From: an uncultured Collinsella sp. | GTDB taxonomy: Bacteria > Actinomycetota > Coriobacteriia > Coriobacteriales > Coriobacteriaceae | Length of the DNA stretch: 64,000 nucleotides | Assembly (NCBI GenBank): GCA_958453935.1 | Contig: CAUDZT010000002.1 | Location: forward strand, 121 to 64,120 | Direction of reading: 5' to 3' | Notes under the pieces: model-generated | Told to the model about the DNA's origin: nothing | Database searches by the model: none | Seen by the model: only the letters and a program-made list of their open reading frames with translations | Made by a program: the position numbers and the translations under genes | In this document: positions 30,109-38,859 of the stretch, piece by piece | How positions within the stretch are numbered: the first letter of the stretch is position 1 | How the letters are laid out: each line of letters starts with the position of its first letter

Positions 30109-30150
30109 AGAATTACCCATAAGGCAAGTATGTTTCTGAGTTATTTCGTG

Positions 30151-30180
30151 TTGACCCATCTGAACGGGATAGGGTATAAC
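30151..30180 (+). promoter_or_regulatory. Sigma70-type promoter of amino acid ABC operon
   Basis: TTGACC-18 nt-TATAAC upstream of GAAAGG RBS and ATG 30224. Confidence 0.6.
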
Positions 30181-30223
30181 TCTACTCAACCGCTAGGGAT
30201 TTTATTGAGAAAGGTGTTCTACC

Positions 30224-31219
30224 ATGAGCAAGAACCTCTCCCAGCAGGTCGTTCTCGACCGCCGCGGCTTCGTCGCCGCCACCTTCGCAACCGTCGCCGG
30301 CCTTGGTCTTGCCGGCTGCTCCGACACCAGCGCCGAGGCTGACAAGGGCTCCGCCGCCGGCTCTTCCAAGAGCTCCGAGGATACCGAGGCTTCCACCACG
30401 CTCGACGCTAAGGCATTCGACAAACTTGTCGACAACGGCCCCAAGGCCGATGACGATGTCATCGCCGCCAGCACCTGGGCCACGGCCGTCAAGAACGCCG
30501 GCGTCTTTAAGATCGGTGGCGTTCAGACCTCCACGCTCTTCTCCCTCCTCAACGAGAAAGACGGTCAGACCCGCGGCTTCGACGCCGGTATCGCACAGCT
30601 TCTGTCCAACTACATTCTGGGCGAGAACAAGGTCGAGATCACCCAGGTGACCTCGGACACGCGTGAGTCCGTCCTGCAGAACGGCCAGGTCGACGCCGTC
30701 TTTGCCACCTACACCATCACCGACGAGCGCAAGAAGCTCGTCTCCTTTGCCGGTCCCTATTACTACACGCAGCAGGCCATCCTGGTACTCGCCGATAACG
30801 ACGACATCAAGAGCGTCGACGACCTGGCCGACAAGAACGTCGCCGTCCAGTCCGGCTCCAACGGCCCCGCCATCCTGGAGGAGTTCGCTCCCAAGGCCAG
30901 CCAGCAGGAGTTCAAGACCGACGAGGAGGCCCGCCAGGCACTCCAGCAGGGCCGCGTTGACGCCTACGTCATCGACAACAACATGCAGCAGAGCGCCCTG
31001 GTCCGCGAGCCCGGTAAGTACAAGATCGCCGGCAAGCCCTTCGGCAGCAAGGAGCCCTATGGCATCGGCCTGCCGCTCGATTCCGACGGCGTCGCCTTTG
31101 TCAACGACTTCCTTAAGAAGATTGAGGACGACGGCACCTGGACCGAGCTGTGGCAGATCTGCATCGGCGACCGCACGGGCGACACCAATGTTCCCGAGCT
31201 GCCCGAGATCGGCGCCTAG
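30224..31219 (+). CDS. Polar amino acid (glutamate/glutamine) ABC substrate-binding lipoprotein, Tat signal
   Basis: DRRGF twin-arginine, LAGC lipobox, GFD..IA, ATYTITDERKK.VSFAGPYY, EPYGIG. Confidence 0.92.
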   Translation: MSKNLSQQVVLDRRGFVAATFATVAGLGLAGCSDTSAEADKGSAAGSSKSSEDTEASTTLDAKAFDKLVDNGPKADDDVIAASTWATAVKNAGVFKIGGVQTSTLFSLLNEKDGQTRGFDAGIAQLLSNYILGENKVEITQVTSDTRESVLQNGQVDAVFATYTITDERKKLVSFAGPYYYTQQAILVLADNDDIKSVDDLADKNVAVQSGSNGPAILEEFAPKASQQEFKTDEEARQALQQGRVDAYVIDNNMQQSALVREPGKYKIAGKPFGSKEPYGIGLPLDSDGVAFVNDFLKKIEDDGTWTELWQICIGDRTGDTNVPELPEIGA

Positions 31220-31357
31220 GCAACGCGCCTAGTAACGGCCGCAACGAAACCATATGGAAACGCACGGTGCGCTTTATTGCGCTAAACTGTTTCCTCACTG
31301 AGTTGTCGGGGCTTCCGTACACACGGGAGCCCCTTTCCTTATCGGCAGGAGGTCCGC

Positions 31358-32017
31358 ATGAGTCTCTCCGAGCTCTGGTCGCTCTATGGCCAGAACTATA
31401 TCGACGCGCTGCTAGCAACCTGGGGCATGACGCTTGAGTCGTTTGCCATCGCCATGGTGCTGGCCGTCGCCGTCACCGTGATGCGCGTGTCGCCGCTCAA
31501 GCCGCTGCGCGTCTTTGGCGACCTGTATGTTCAGGTCTTCCGTAACATTCCCGGCATCGCACTGCTCATCATCGTCGTCTATGCGCTGCCGCCGCTCAAG
31601 GTCGTCCTGCCCTACCGCACCTGCGTTATCGTCGCCACGGTGTTGCTGGGTTCTGCCTTTGGCTCCGAGAACTTCATGAGTGGCATCAACACCGTTGGCG
31701 TCGGTCAGGTCGAAGCCGCACGTTCGCTCGGTATGAGCTTCAATCGCATCCTCGCCAAGATCGTGATTCCGCAGGCACTGCGCTCAAGCGTATTACCCAT
31801 GACCAACCTCTTTATCGCCGTCATGCTCACCACCGCGCTCGGCAGTCAGGTGCCGCTTAAGCCCCAGGAGCTCACCGGCGTGGTGAGCTATATCAACACG
31901 CGCTCGCTCGGCGGCGTCGCCGCGTTCTTTATCTCGGCGCTCGGCTACCTGGGCACGGCCTTTGTGGTGAGCCACATTGGCAACTACATCGATAAGAAGG
32001 TGAGGATCCTCCGATGA
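31358..32017 (+). CDS. Amino acid ABC transporter permease
   Basis: Y..FRNIP, GQVEAARSLGMS EAA loop, PQA. Confidence 0.93.
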   Translation: MSLSELWSLYGQNYIDALLATWGMTLESFAIAMVLAVAVTVMRVSPLKPLRVFGDLYVQVFRNIPGIALLIIVVYALPPLKVVLPYRTCVIVATVLLGSAFGSENFMSGINTVGVGQVEAARSLGMSFNRILAKIVIPQALRSSVLPMTNLFIAVMLTTALGSQVPLKPQELTGVVSYINTRSLGGVAAFFISALGYLGTAFVVSHIGNYIDKKVRILR

Positions 32018-32847
32018 GCAAGCACTCCTCCCCCGCGCTCACCATGCGCGATGCGCTCTACGAGGCTCCCGGCCCCAAGATGCGCGCCAAGATTCGCGTC
32101 GGCACCGCTATCTCGCTCGTCGCCGTGGCCGCGCTCGTCGTCCTCGTGTTGCAGCGCTTTTATGTGACCGGTCAGCTTTCGGTTCACTATTGGTATTTCT
32201 TTACGCACCTCACCACCTGGAAGTTCTTGCTTGCCGGCTTTGAGGGCACCGTTAAAGTCGCACTCACCGCCGGCGCCATCGCGCTGGTGCTGGGCCTGGC
32301 CCTTATGCTCGGCCGCACCAGCGACATCAAACCGCTACAGCTGGTCTGCCGCGTGCTCACCGACTTCTTCCGCGGCGTGCCGAGCCTGCTGTTCATCTAC
32401 TTCTTCTTTTTGGTGCTGCCCCAGTACAAGATCGCGCTGCCGTCGTTTTGGATGCTCACGCTTCCCGTCGCGCTCGCTGCGGCCGGCGTACTGGCCGAGA
32501 TCTTCCGTGCCGGCGTCAACGCCGTGCCGCGCGGCCAGGTCGAGGCCGCCCAGGCGCTCGGTCTCTCCAAAGCTAAAATCACCTTTAAAATCGTGCTGCC
32601 GCAGGCTATTCGGTTTATCATTCCGTCATTGATTTCGCAGCTTGTGGTCGTCGTCAAAGACACCACCGTCGCCTACGTGGTGAGCTACCCCGACCTCATG
32701 CAAAATGCCCGCGTGCTCATTACCAACTACGATGCCCTCGTGTCGGTCTACCTGGTGATCGCGGTCATCTATATCCTCATCAACGTCGCGATCAACAAGG
32801 CCGCCGTCTACGTTTCGCACAAGACCGGCGCGACCATCATCCGCTAA
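32014..32847 (+). CDS. Amino acid ABC transporter permease
   Basis: FFRGVP, AEIFRAG..AVPRGQVEAA.ALG, KDT. Confidence 0.93.
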   Translation: MSKHSSPALTMRDALYEAPGPKMRAKIRVGTAISLVAVAALVVLVLQRFYVTGQLSVHYWYFFTHLTTWKFLLAGFEGTVKVALTAGAIALVLGLALMLGRTSDIKPLQLVCRVLTDFFRGVPSLLFIYFFFLVLPQYKIALPSFWMLTLPVALAAAGVLAEIFRAGVNAVPRGQVEAAQALGLSKAKITFKIVLPQAIRFIIPSLISQLVVVVKDTTVAYVVSYPDLMQNARVLITNYDALVSVYLVIAVIYILINVAINKAAVYVSHKTGATIIR

Positions 32848-32883
32848 CGATTTACCATTTCGAGTCATAAGGAGCCGAGCATC

Positions 32884-33648
<765 letters not shown>

Positions 33649-33735
33649 CCAGCCATCCCGTGGGACAAATCCATTGAAAGTGTTGTCCTACGTCTCTCAT
33701 GCGCCCTGTCACCTTCAGATTCGAAAGCCACACCC

Positions 33736-34545
33736 ATGATCGGAACCCGCACCTCATCGTCCTACACCCCGCATGTCAACGTCGACCCCGCCGACCGCCC
33801 ACTCATCCTCGTCGCACCGCGTTGGGAAGAGGCAAAGCCGTTTTTGAGCGAAATGCTCTCCCCCAACGAGGAGATCGCGAGCGTCTTTGTCGATGCCATT
33901 CTTGCCGCCGGCGGCCTGCCGCTGCAGATGTCCATCACCGAGGACATTGAGGTTATCCGTCATTACGTCGACATCGCCGGCGGCATCGCCATTCCCGGCG
34001 GCCCGGACGTCAACCCCAAGCGCTGGGGCGACGAGCGCCCCTACGACCCCACACTGTGCTGCGAGATTCGCGACCGTTTTGAGTTTAAGCTGGTTAACGA
34101 GGTGCTCTGCGCCAAAAAGCCACTCTTTACCACCTGCCGCGGCACGCAGCTGCTCAACGTCGCCACCGGCGGCACCCTGTGCATGGACGTGCCGAGCCTA
34201 GGTGCGCGCGAGGGTCGCACGCAGTGGCGCCATACCCACGTGCTCAACGACCCTGTGCATCCTGTCGAGGTCGTGCCGGGCTCGCTGCTGGAGCGCGCGG
34301 TTGGCGGGCACAGGCTCATCCAGACCAACTCGGCACATCACTGCTGCGTCGACCGCCTGGGCAAGAGCACGCGCTTGGTCGCCAAGGCAACCGACGGCGT
34401 GCCCGAGTGCATCGAGGTCGAGGGCCAGCCGTTCTGCCTGGGCGTGCAATGGCACCCCGAGTACACCTGGCAAACGCTCGAGACCGACTTTAACCTGTGG
34501 AAGTCGTTTGTCGAAGCAGCGGCCAAGGTAAAGCAGGCCCGCTAG
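33736..34545 (+). CDS. Peptidase C26 / gamma-glutamyl-GABA hydrolase family amidotransferase
   Basis: AGGLP, PGGPDV.P..., CRG.QLLNVA.GG, NS.HH, GVQWHPE. Confidence 0.9.
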   Translation: MIGTRTSSSYTPHVNVDPADRPLILVAPRWEEAKPFLSEMLSPNEEIASVFVDAILAAGGLPLQMSITEDIEVIRHYVDIAGGIAIPGGPDVNPKRWGDERPYDPTLCCEIRDRFEFKLVNEVLCAKKPLFTTCRGTQLLNVATGGTLCMDVPSLGAREGRTQWRHTHVLNDPVHPVEVVPGSLLERAVGGHRLIQTNSAHHCCVDRLGKSTRLVAKATDGVPECIEVEGQPFCLGVQWHPEYTWQTLETDFNLWKSFVEAAAKVKQAR

Positions 34546-34579
34546 CTCGCGAACCACTCAGGTTAAAGCCTCCTAAGCC

Positions 34580-34618
34580 GGGGGGGGCGGACACCAGCCA
34601 CGGTGCCCGCCCCCCCCT
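34580..34618. terminator. GC-rich hairpin between convergent units; left boundary of lower-GC islet
   Basis: gggggggcggacacc..ggtgcccgccccccc. Confidence 0.6.
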
Positions 34619-34735
34619 GTATTTGATATGCTCGGTATGATTATCCCTCACAAACAATCAGAGAAATCTCGACCGCAATCGGTCGACAGTAAAGCAAATG
34701 GTAAAAACGCTTGCTACGTTTATGAGGCAGTCAAT

Positions 34736-35476
34736 TTAAATCGAAATGCATTGACCATTCCCCAACGGGGTCACGCCGCAAATCCACATGAGCATCGAGG
34801 CTGGAAGCGGAAGCATGGAATTGGCCCCGATCTGTATGTAGATCGCTACGACGTTGACAAGCAACAGCATGCCAATCGGACCGAAGCCGGACCCAAAATA
34901 GGAAACAACGATTACGCAAGAAACCACGTATGCAAGGCAGGCGGCGGCAGCAAGAACAAGTCGATAGCAAAATACATGCAGGTTGAAATACTGCTGAGCA
35001 TCCAAAACGATCGCGCAGCTAAGACAGTACAAAACGACACTCGTCAGGATAAACGCGCCCAAAAGGGCAAAAGAAGACAGCACCACTCGCGCAACGATAG
35101 CGCACGCACGCTTCCCGCCCCGAGCCTCCGACAGCCCCCACGGTTCCTCTGCAAAGCTCGAACTGACAAAACGCGGCACAATGCAAGCTGCGATGAACGG
35201 AAAGAACAATGCATGAGCCAACGGGGCTACGTTGAACAGCAGACCGCGAAAAACCTCTGCATTACCAAATAGAAGGACATCCTCCGCCGATAGCCGAAGC
35301 GTCGGGTCTGGGAAGAAGCCCAAGAAACTGTTCTCACGGAGGCTGCAGAACCACATCGGGAAAGAATTAAGCTGCAATACCACCATGCACGCATAAATTA
35401 CCGGGATTAAGGCGTACGTCCATTTACTCACGTGCTTCAATTCTGAATGGAGGAATCTTTTAATCTGACGAGCCAT
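34736..35476 (-). CDS. ABC-2-type membrane subunit (peptide export/immunity-like)
   Basis: MARQIKRFLHSEL start overlapping upstream gene; multiple TM segments; downstream of ABC ATPase. Confidence 0.7.
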   Translation of the reverse strand: MARQIKRFLHSELKHVSKWTYALIPVIYACMVVLQLNSFPMWFCSLRENSFLGFFPDPTLRLSAEDVLLFGNAEVFRGLLFNVAPLAHALFFPFIAACIVPRFVSSSFAEEPWGLSEARGGKRACAIVARVVLSSFALLGAFILTSVVLYCLSCAIVLDAQQYFNLHVFCYRLVLAAAACLAYVVSCVIVVSYFGSGFGPIGMLLLVNVVAIYIQIGANSMLPLPASMLMWICGVTPLGNGQCISI

Positions 35477-36284
35477 TGAGCACACCCCCAGCACGAAAGC
35501 TCACGAGAGCGTAAATCAATACCGATAAACAGCTGGCTGCCACGCCATAGCCCAGAAGCGCCAGTTGCCCCATATCGCTATACCCAAGGGCGCATCCGAC
35601 TCCAAGGTACGGCCCAGGAAGGAAGAAGATCCATCGCAAGGATGGTATAGGTGCCTGAAGGAAGGCTCCGTAGAGCGTCAAGCTCATGACAAATCCGATT
35701 ATTATTGCAGCCCCGCTCAATACAGCGCTGCCTGTAATCCGATAGATGGTCACCGTCTCCAGCGCAACCGATATCACCAATACGGTGTTGACTATCATTG
35801 CAGGCAAAAATGCAGCCAGCATGCCATGCGCGTAGCTATGCCCTCCACGTATTATGGCTATTGCAAACAGAAGAAAGCAAAGCGCACTATATGCTGCGCC
35901 AATTATTAAAGCAGACGAAAGCGCATGAGCTAGAACCCCATAAAAGCGGGTAAGACCTCTTGCTGAAGAAATTCGGTATCCCTCTTCATAGCCGTGCTCC
36001 TGTAAAATCGCCAGGCAAACGATGAGTGGAACGAACAGAGAGGTGCCGGCAAAAGCACTGCGCACAAGGGACTCATCGGGTGCAGAAGGATCGATTACAT
36101 TCCAGAAGAAACCAATATCCTCCCCAAAAACGCTATTGCCAAAGGCGAGCAACGTTGTTCCGTTTTTTAGAAAGACACCGAAGAGAAGGCCGAACGCCAG
36201 CATAAGCGCAAGACCAAGCTTCGCCGGAAACATCCTGTACAAACGCATCATATCTGCCTTTATGGGATGGATCGCCCGCTTCAT
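35460..36284 (-). CDS. ABC-2-type membrane subunit
   Basis: IKADMMRL N-terminus, E.GY..GY..SSARGLTR motif, ~6 TM; start overlaps ATPase stop. Confidence 0.75.
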   Translation of the reverse strand: MKRAIHPIKADMMRLYRMFPAKLGLALMLAFGLLFGVFLKNGTTLLAFGNSVFGEDIGFFWNVIDPSAPDESLVRSAFAGTSLFVPLIVCLAILQEHGYEEGYRISSARGLTRFYGVLAHALSSALIIGAAYSALCFLLFAIAIIRGGHSYAHGMLAAFLPAMIVNTVLVISVALETVTIYRITGSAVLSGAAIIIGFVMSLTLYGAFLQAPIPSLRWIFFLPGPYLGVGCALGYSDMGQLALLGYGVAASCLSVLIYALVSFRAGGVLNGSSD

Positions 36285-37006
36285 AGCGAGACCGCCTTCA
36301 TCAAGCGCCTGTAATACTCTTTTAAGGACGACGCCTCATCCCTTATGATGTCCATCGATTCCTTTTTCAGCAGTTCGCCGTCATGAAGAAACAGGCAGCA
36401 TGTTGCAACCGATGCCAGCTCATCCAAGTCGTGGCTAGAAATAAGCATGGTTTTGCCCTGTTCTTGATTCAATCGACCGATAAGGGCCCATATACTCTCG
36501 ATGCCCAACGGATCCAATCCATTTGCCGGCTCATCGAAAATTAGTACGTCGGTATCGCCCAACAAAGCCGTAGCTATATCCAGCCGCCGTTTCATTCCCA
36601 GAGAAAAACTGCCCACGCTCTTTTTCTCATCGACGTCCAGCCCGACAAGGCTCAAAACGCGAGGAACCTCACGTTTCTCATCGAGCCCCCATTCCGCACA
36701 TCGGATCCGAAGATTCTCAGCCGCACTGAGGGATTGGTATGCTCCGCTGGAATCTGGCACATAGCCGACACGCGTCCGCATCAGACTCAGCTCTTTTTTC
36801 GACTTGCCTCCAAAGAGCTCCACACTCCCCGACGATGGCCCACAGAGGCCCAGCACTATTTTAATAAGCGTGCTTTTACCCGCCCCGTTTGCACCAACAA
36901 GGGCGCAAAGCTCAGACTGACCCACCTCGAAGGAAACGTCATGCAACACACGCCGTTTTCCATAGCGCTTTGACACCTTTGATAGCTTTATCGTTGATGC
37001 GCTCAT
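36281..37006 (-). CDS. ABC ATP-binding protein, BcrA/lantibiotic-protection-like subfamily
   Basis: GANGAGKST, FSLGMKRRL signature, DEPANGLDPLG, ISSH. Confidence 0.93.
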   Translation of the reverse strand: MSASTIKLSKVSKRYGKRRVLHDVSFEVGQSELCALVGANGAGKSTLIKIVLGLCGPSSGSVELFGGKSKKELSLMRTRVGYVPDSSGAYQSLSAAENLRIRCAEWGLDEKREVPRVLSLVGLDVDEKKSVGSFSLGMKRRLDIATALLGDTDVLIFDEPANGLDPLGIESIWALIGRLNQEQGKTMLISSHDLDELASVATCCLFLHDGELLKKESMDIIRDEASSLKEYYRRLMKAVSL

Positions 37007-37027
37007 TGGCCTCCCGTTCTGCTTGAT

Positions 37028-37067
37028 AACAAAACCGCTGCTGCCAGACTGTCGCCTGGCAGCAGCC
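37028..37067 (-). terminator. Intrinsic terminator/attenuator between peptide gene and ABC genes
   Basis: minus strand gctgctgccag-gcgacagt-ctggcagcagc then ggttttgtt. Confidence 0.75.
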
Positions 37068-37074
37068 GCAACTG

Positions 37075-37203
37075 CTAGAGATTAACTAAACAGAAGTTTT
37101 TGCTGCAGTTATTGACGCAAGTGCGTGCTCCACAGAATGCCTTGCAGTAACCGTTGCACCCACCACCGGGGTCCACATGACTCGGCTTTACAATCCAGCT
37201 CAT
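37075..37203 (-). CDS. 42-aa six-cysteine peptide (putative RiPP/bacteriocin precursor)
   Basis: Not in ORF track; MSWIVKPSHVDPGGGCNGYCKAFCGARTCVNNCSKNFCLVNL*; RBS GAAAGGAGG 6 nt before ATG; promoter upstream, terminator downstream. Confidence 0.85.
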   Translation of the reverse strand: MSWIVKPSHVDPGGGCNGYCKAFCGARTCVNNCSKNFCLVNL

Positions 37204-37239
37204 ATCGTTCCTCCTTTCTCTTATCGTTCGTTCTTGATG

Positions 37240-37270
37240 TTATTCTTTGCCGATAACTTATATTTGTCAA
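37240..37270 (-). promoter_or_regulatory. Promoter of peptide gene with overlapping palindromic operator
   Basis: TTGACA (37270-37265), 17 nt, AAGAAT; operator TTATCG-gcaaa-GAATAA (37256-37240). Confidence 0.6.
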
Positions 37271-37348
37271 GATAATTAATAAACAAAGAACCCGTGTTAG
37301 ACACGGGTTCCGTTACACTGATATTTCGTTATAGTTGTTCGCTTTATG

Positions 37349-37678
37349 CTACTCGTCGCTCAAATCGACAGCGAAGACCGATGTCGGAAGCGACGCCTCA
37401 TTGCCTCTGCCATCCCGCATCTGCCTCACGGCATTCTTCGCGCGCTCGACAATAAGTTCCTCGAGCTCTTTCTCGCTCACGCGCTGAATAATATCTCCCG
37501 GTTGACAATCAAGCTCATCACAGATTTCAAGAAGCGTCTTAAGACGAATAGCTTTAATTTTTCCGTTTCTTAGCTTAGAAATATTAGCCGGAGTATGCCC
37601 CGTGGCACGAATCAGATCAGAGCTGGTCTTTCCGGTCTTAAGCAGCTGCGTCTCAAGCTCGATGATGAGATAGCTCAT
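37349..37678 (-). CDS. Xre/Cro HTH regulator (YozG/HTH_26-like)
   Basis: NISKLRNGKIKAIRL.TL..IC..LDCQPGDI. Confidence 0.92.
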   Translation of the reverse strand: MSYLIIELETQLLKTGKTSSDLIRATGHTPANISKLRNGKIKAIRLKTLLEICDELDCQPGDIIQRVSEKELEELIVERAKNAVRQMRDGRGNEASLPTSVFAVDLSDE

Positions 37679-37686
37679 GTTTCCTC

Positions 37687-38247
37687 CTACACAAGCTCGT
37701 CAGACTGCTCCTGGAGCAGCGAGGCATAGCTCCAGATCACCGAGACAAACAAACAGACGGCCGCGCCGATAAGCGACCCCGCGTCAAAGGCAACGCCCTG
37801 GCAAATCGCGATAACGAAGGAATGAGGCACGACGCAAAGCTCCAGCCCACCAATGGTAAGATTGACCGATCCATAGGCACCAACAAGCGAAACCGCGGCG
37901 TTAACAGCAAAGGCAAGCGCGAGAACACGGATAAGCCGCACATGCGCCCTGGTAAAGGGCGATACGCCCCGCGAAATGTCACGGCTGATTCCGCACAAAA
38001 CGACAAGCGAAACACTCACGACGAGTGCCAGGCACAGCCCGCTTGGGATAACGATGCTCCCGCCATCGAGAAGCGTCACGACACCGAAAGAATCGACAGA
38101 AACAACGTTTGCAACCGCATACCAGATCACGTAAACAACCAACGCGGCAAAAGCGACGAGCATTCCCGCAAAAACGACCGCCATGCAAAAGCCAAGCTTC
38201 CTTACAGTCTCGCCCGCCTTGGCCATACGCTGAACGCTGTTGGACAT
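37687..38247 (-). CDS. DUF2975-like membrane protein
   Basis: 4 TM, SPFT..V..IR motif, C-terminal LQEQSDELV; paired with YozG-like HTH; start ATG 38247. Confidence 0.8.
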   Translation of the reverse strand: MSNSVQRMAKAGETVRKLGFCMAVVFAGMLVAFAALVVYVIWYAVANVVSVDSFGVVTLLDGGSIVIPSGLCLALVVSVSLVVLCGISRDISRGVSPFTRAHVRLIRVLALAFAVNAAVSLVGAYGSVNLTIGGLELCVVPHSFVIAICQGVAFDAGSLIGAAVCLFVSVIWSYASLLQEQSDELV

Positions 38248-38285
38248 ACACTCACCCTCATCGAATCTATCGTTATCGGAATAGT

Positions 38286-38302
38286 TTATCGAACAACGAT
38301 AT
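38286..38302. promoter_or_regulatory. Palindromic operator upstream of DUF2975-HTH operon
   Basis: TTATCG-aacaa-CGATAT. Confidence 0.6.
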
Positions 38303-38360
38303 GGATTGCATGTGGGAAGCCCAGCCGGTGTGCATAGGCCATTCACTAATCAGAAGGGGT

Positions 38361-38453
38361 GAGCGTGGATTTTTGGACACGTATCGAACGAGCGTGGATA
38401 ATCTCCCACTTTGAGACCGCCACCGGGCCTAAAACGGGAGATTATCCACGCTC
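38361..38453. repeat. Inverted-repeat element (18-bp arms) plus extra partial arm; right boundary of islet
   Basis: gagcgtggataatctccc (38390) / gggagattatccacgctc (to 38453); gagcgtggat also at 38361. Confidence 0.75.
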
Positions 38454-38479
38454 ATAGTCATCACAATGCACGTAAGCTC

Positions 38480-38836
38480 TTATTCAGCCGCCTCGCGTAA
38501 GGCCGACATTGTGGCCGCATATTGCTGCTGCAGCGCATGCATTCCCTCACGAGCGCCGTCAACAGTATCGGCACCGCGCAGCGCTTCGGTCACCACGACC
38601 GCCGGCTCGAACAGATTATCGAATCCCAAGTTCTGGCTCACGCCCTTGAGCGTGTGCGCCGCCATAAACGCTTCCTTGGCGTCTCCTGCCGCCATGGCAG
38701 CCTCCAGCTTGTCCATACTCTCGTCATCCAAAAACTTGAGGGCAAAACGGGCAAGCATCTCCTCGCCCATCAGCCGAGTGCAAGCGTCATCATAATTGGC
38801 GCCGATCTTCTCATACGCTTCACGCATGGAAATCAT
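38480..38836 (-). CDS. Hpt (histidine phosphotransfer) domain protein
   Basis: AFMAAHTLKGVSQNLG. Confidence 0.92.
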   Translation of the reverse strand: MISMREAYEKIGANYDDACTRLMGEEMLARFALKFLDDESMDKLEAAMAAGDAKEAFMAAHTLKGVSQNLGFDNLFEPAVVVTEALRGADTVDGAREGMHALQQQYAATMSALREAAE

Positions 38837-38859
38837 GGATTCAAACTCCTTTGGTCAAA

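Noticed and set aside
34628..35272. 214-aa plus-strand ORF
   Set aside because: Antisense to the ABC permease, which fits operon structure and hydrophobicity
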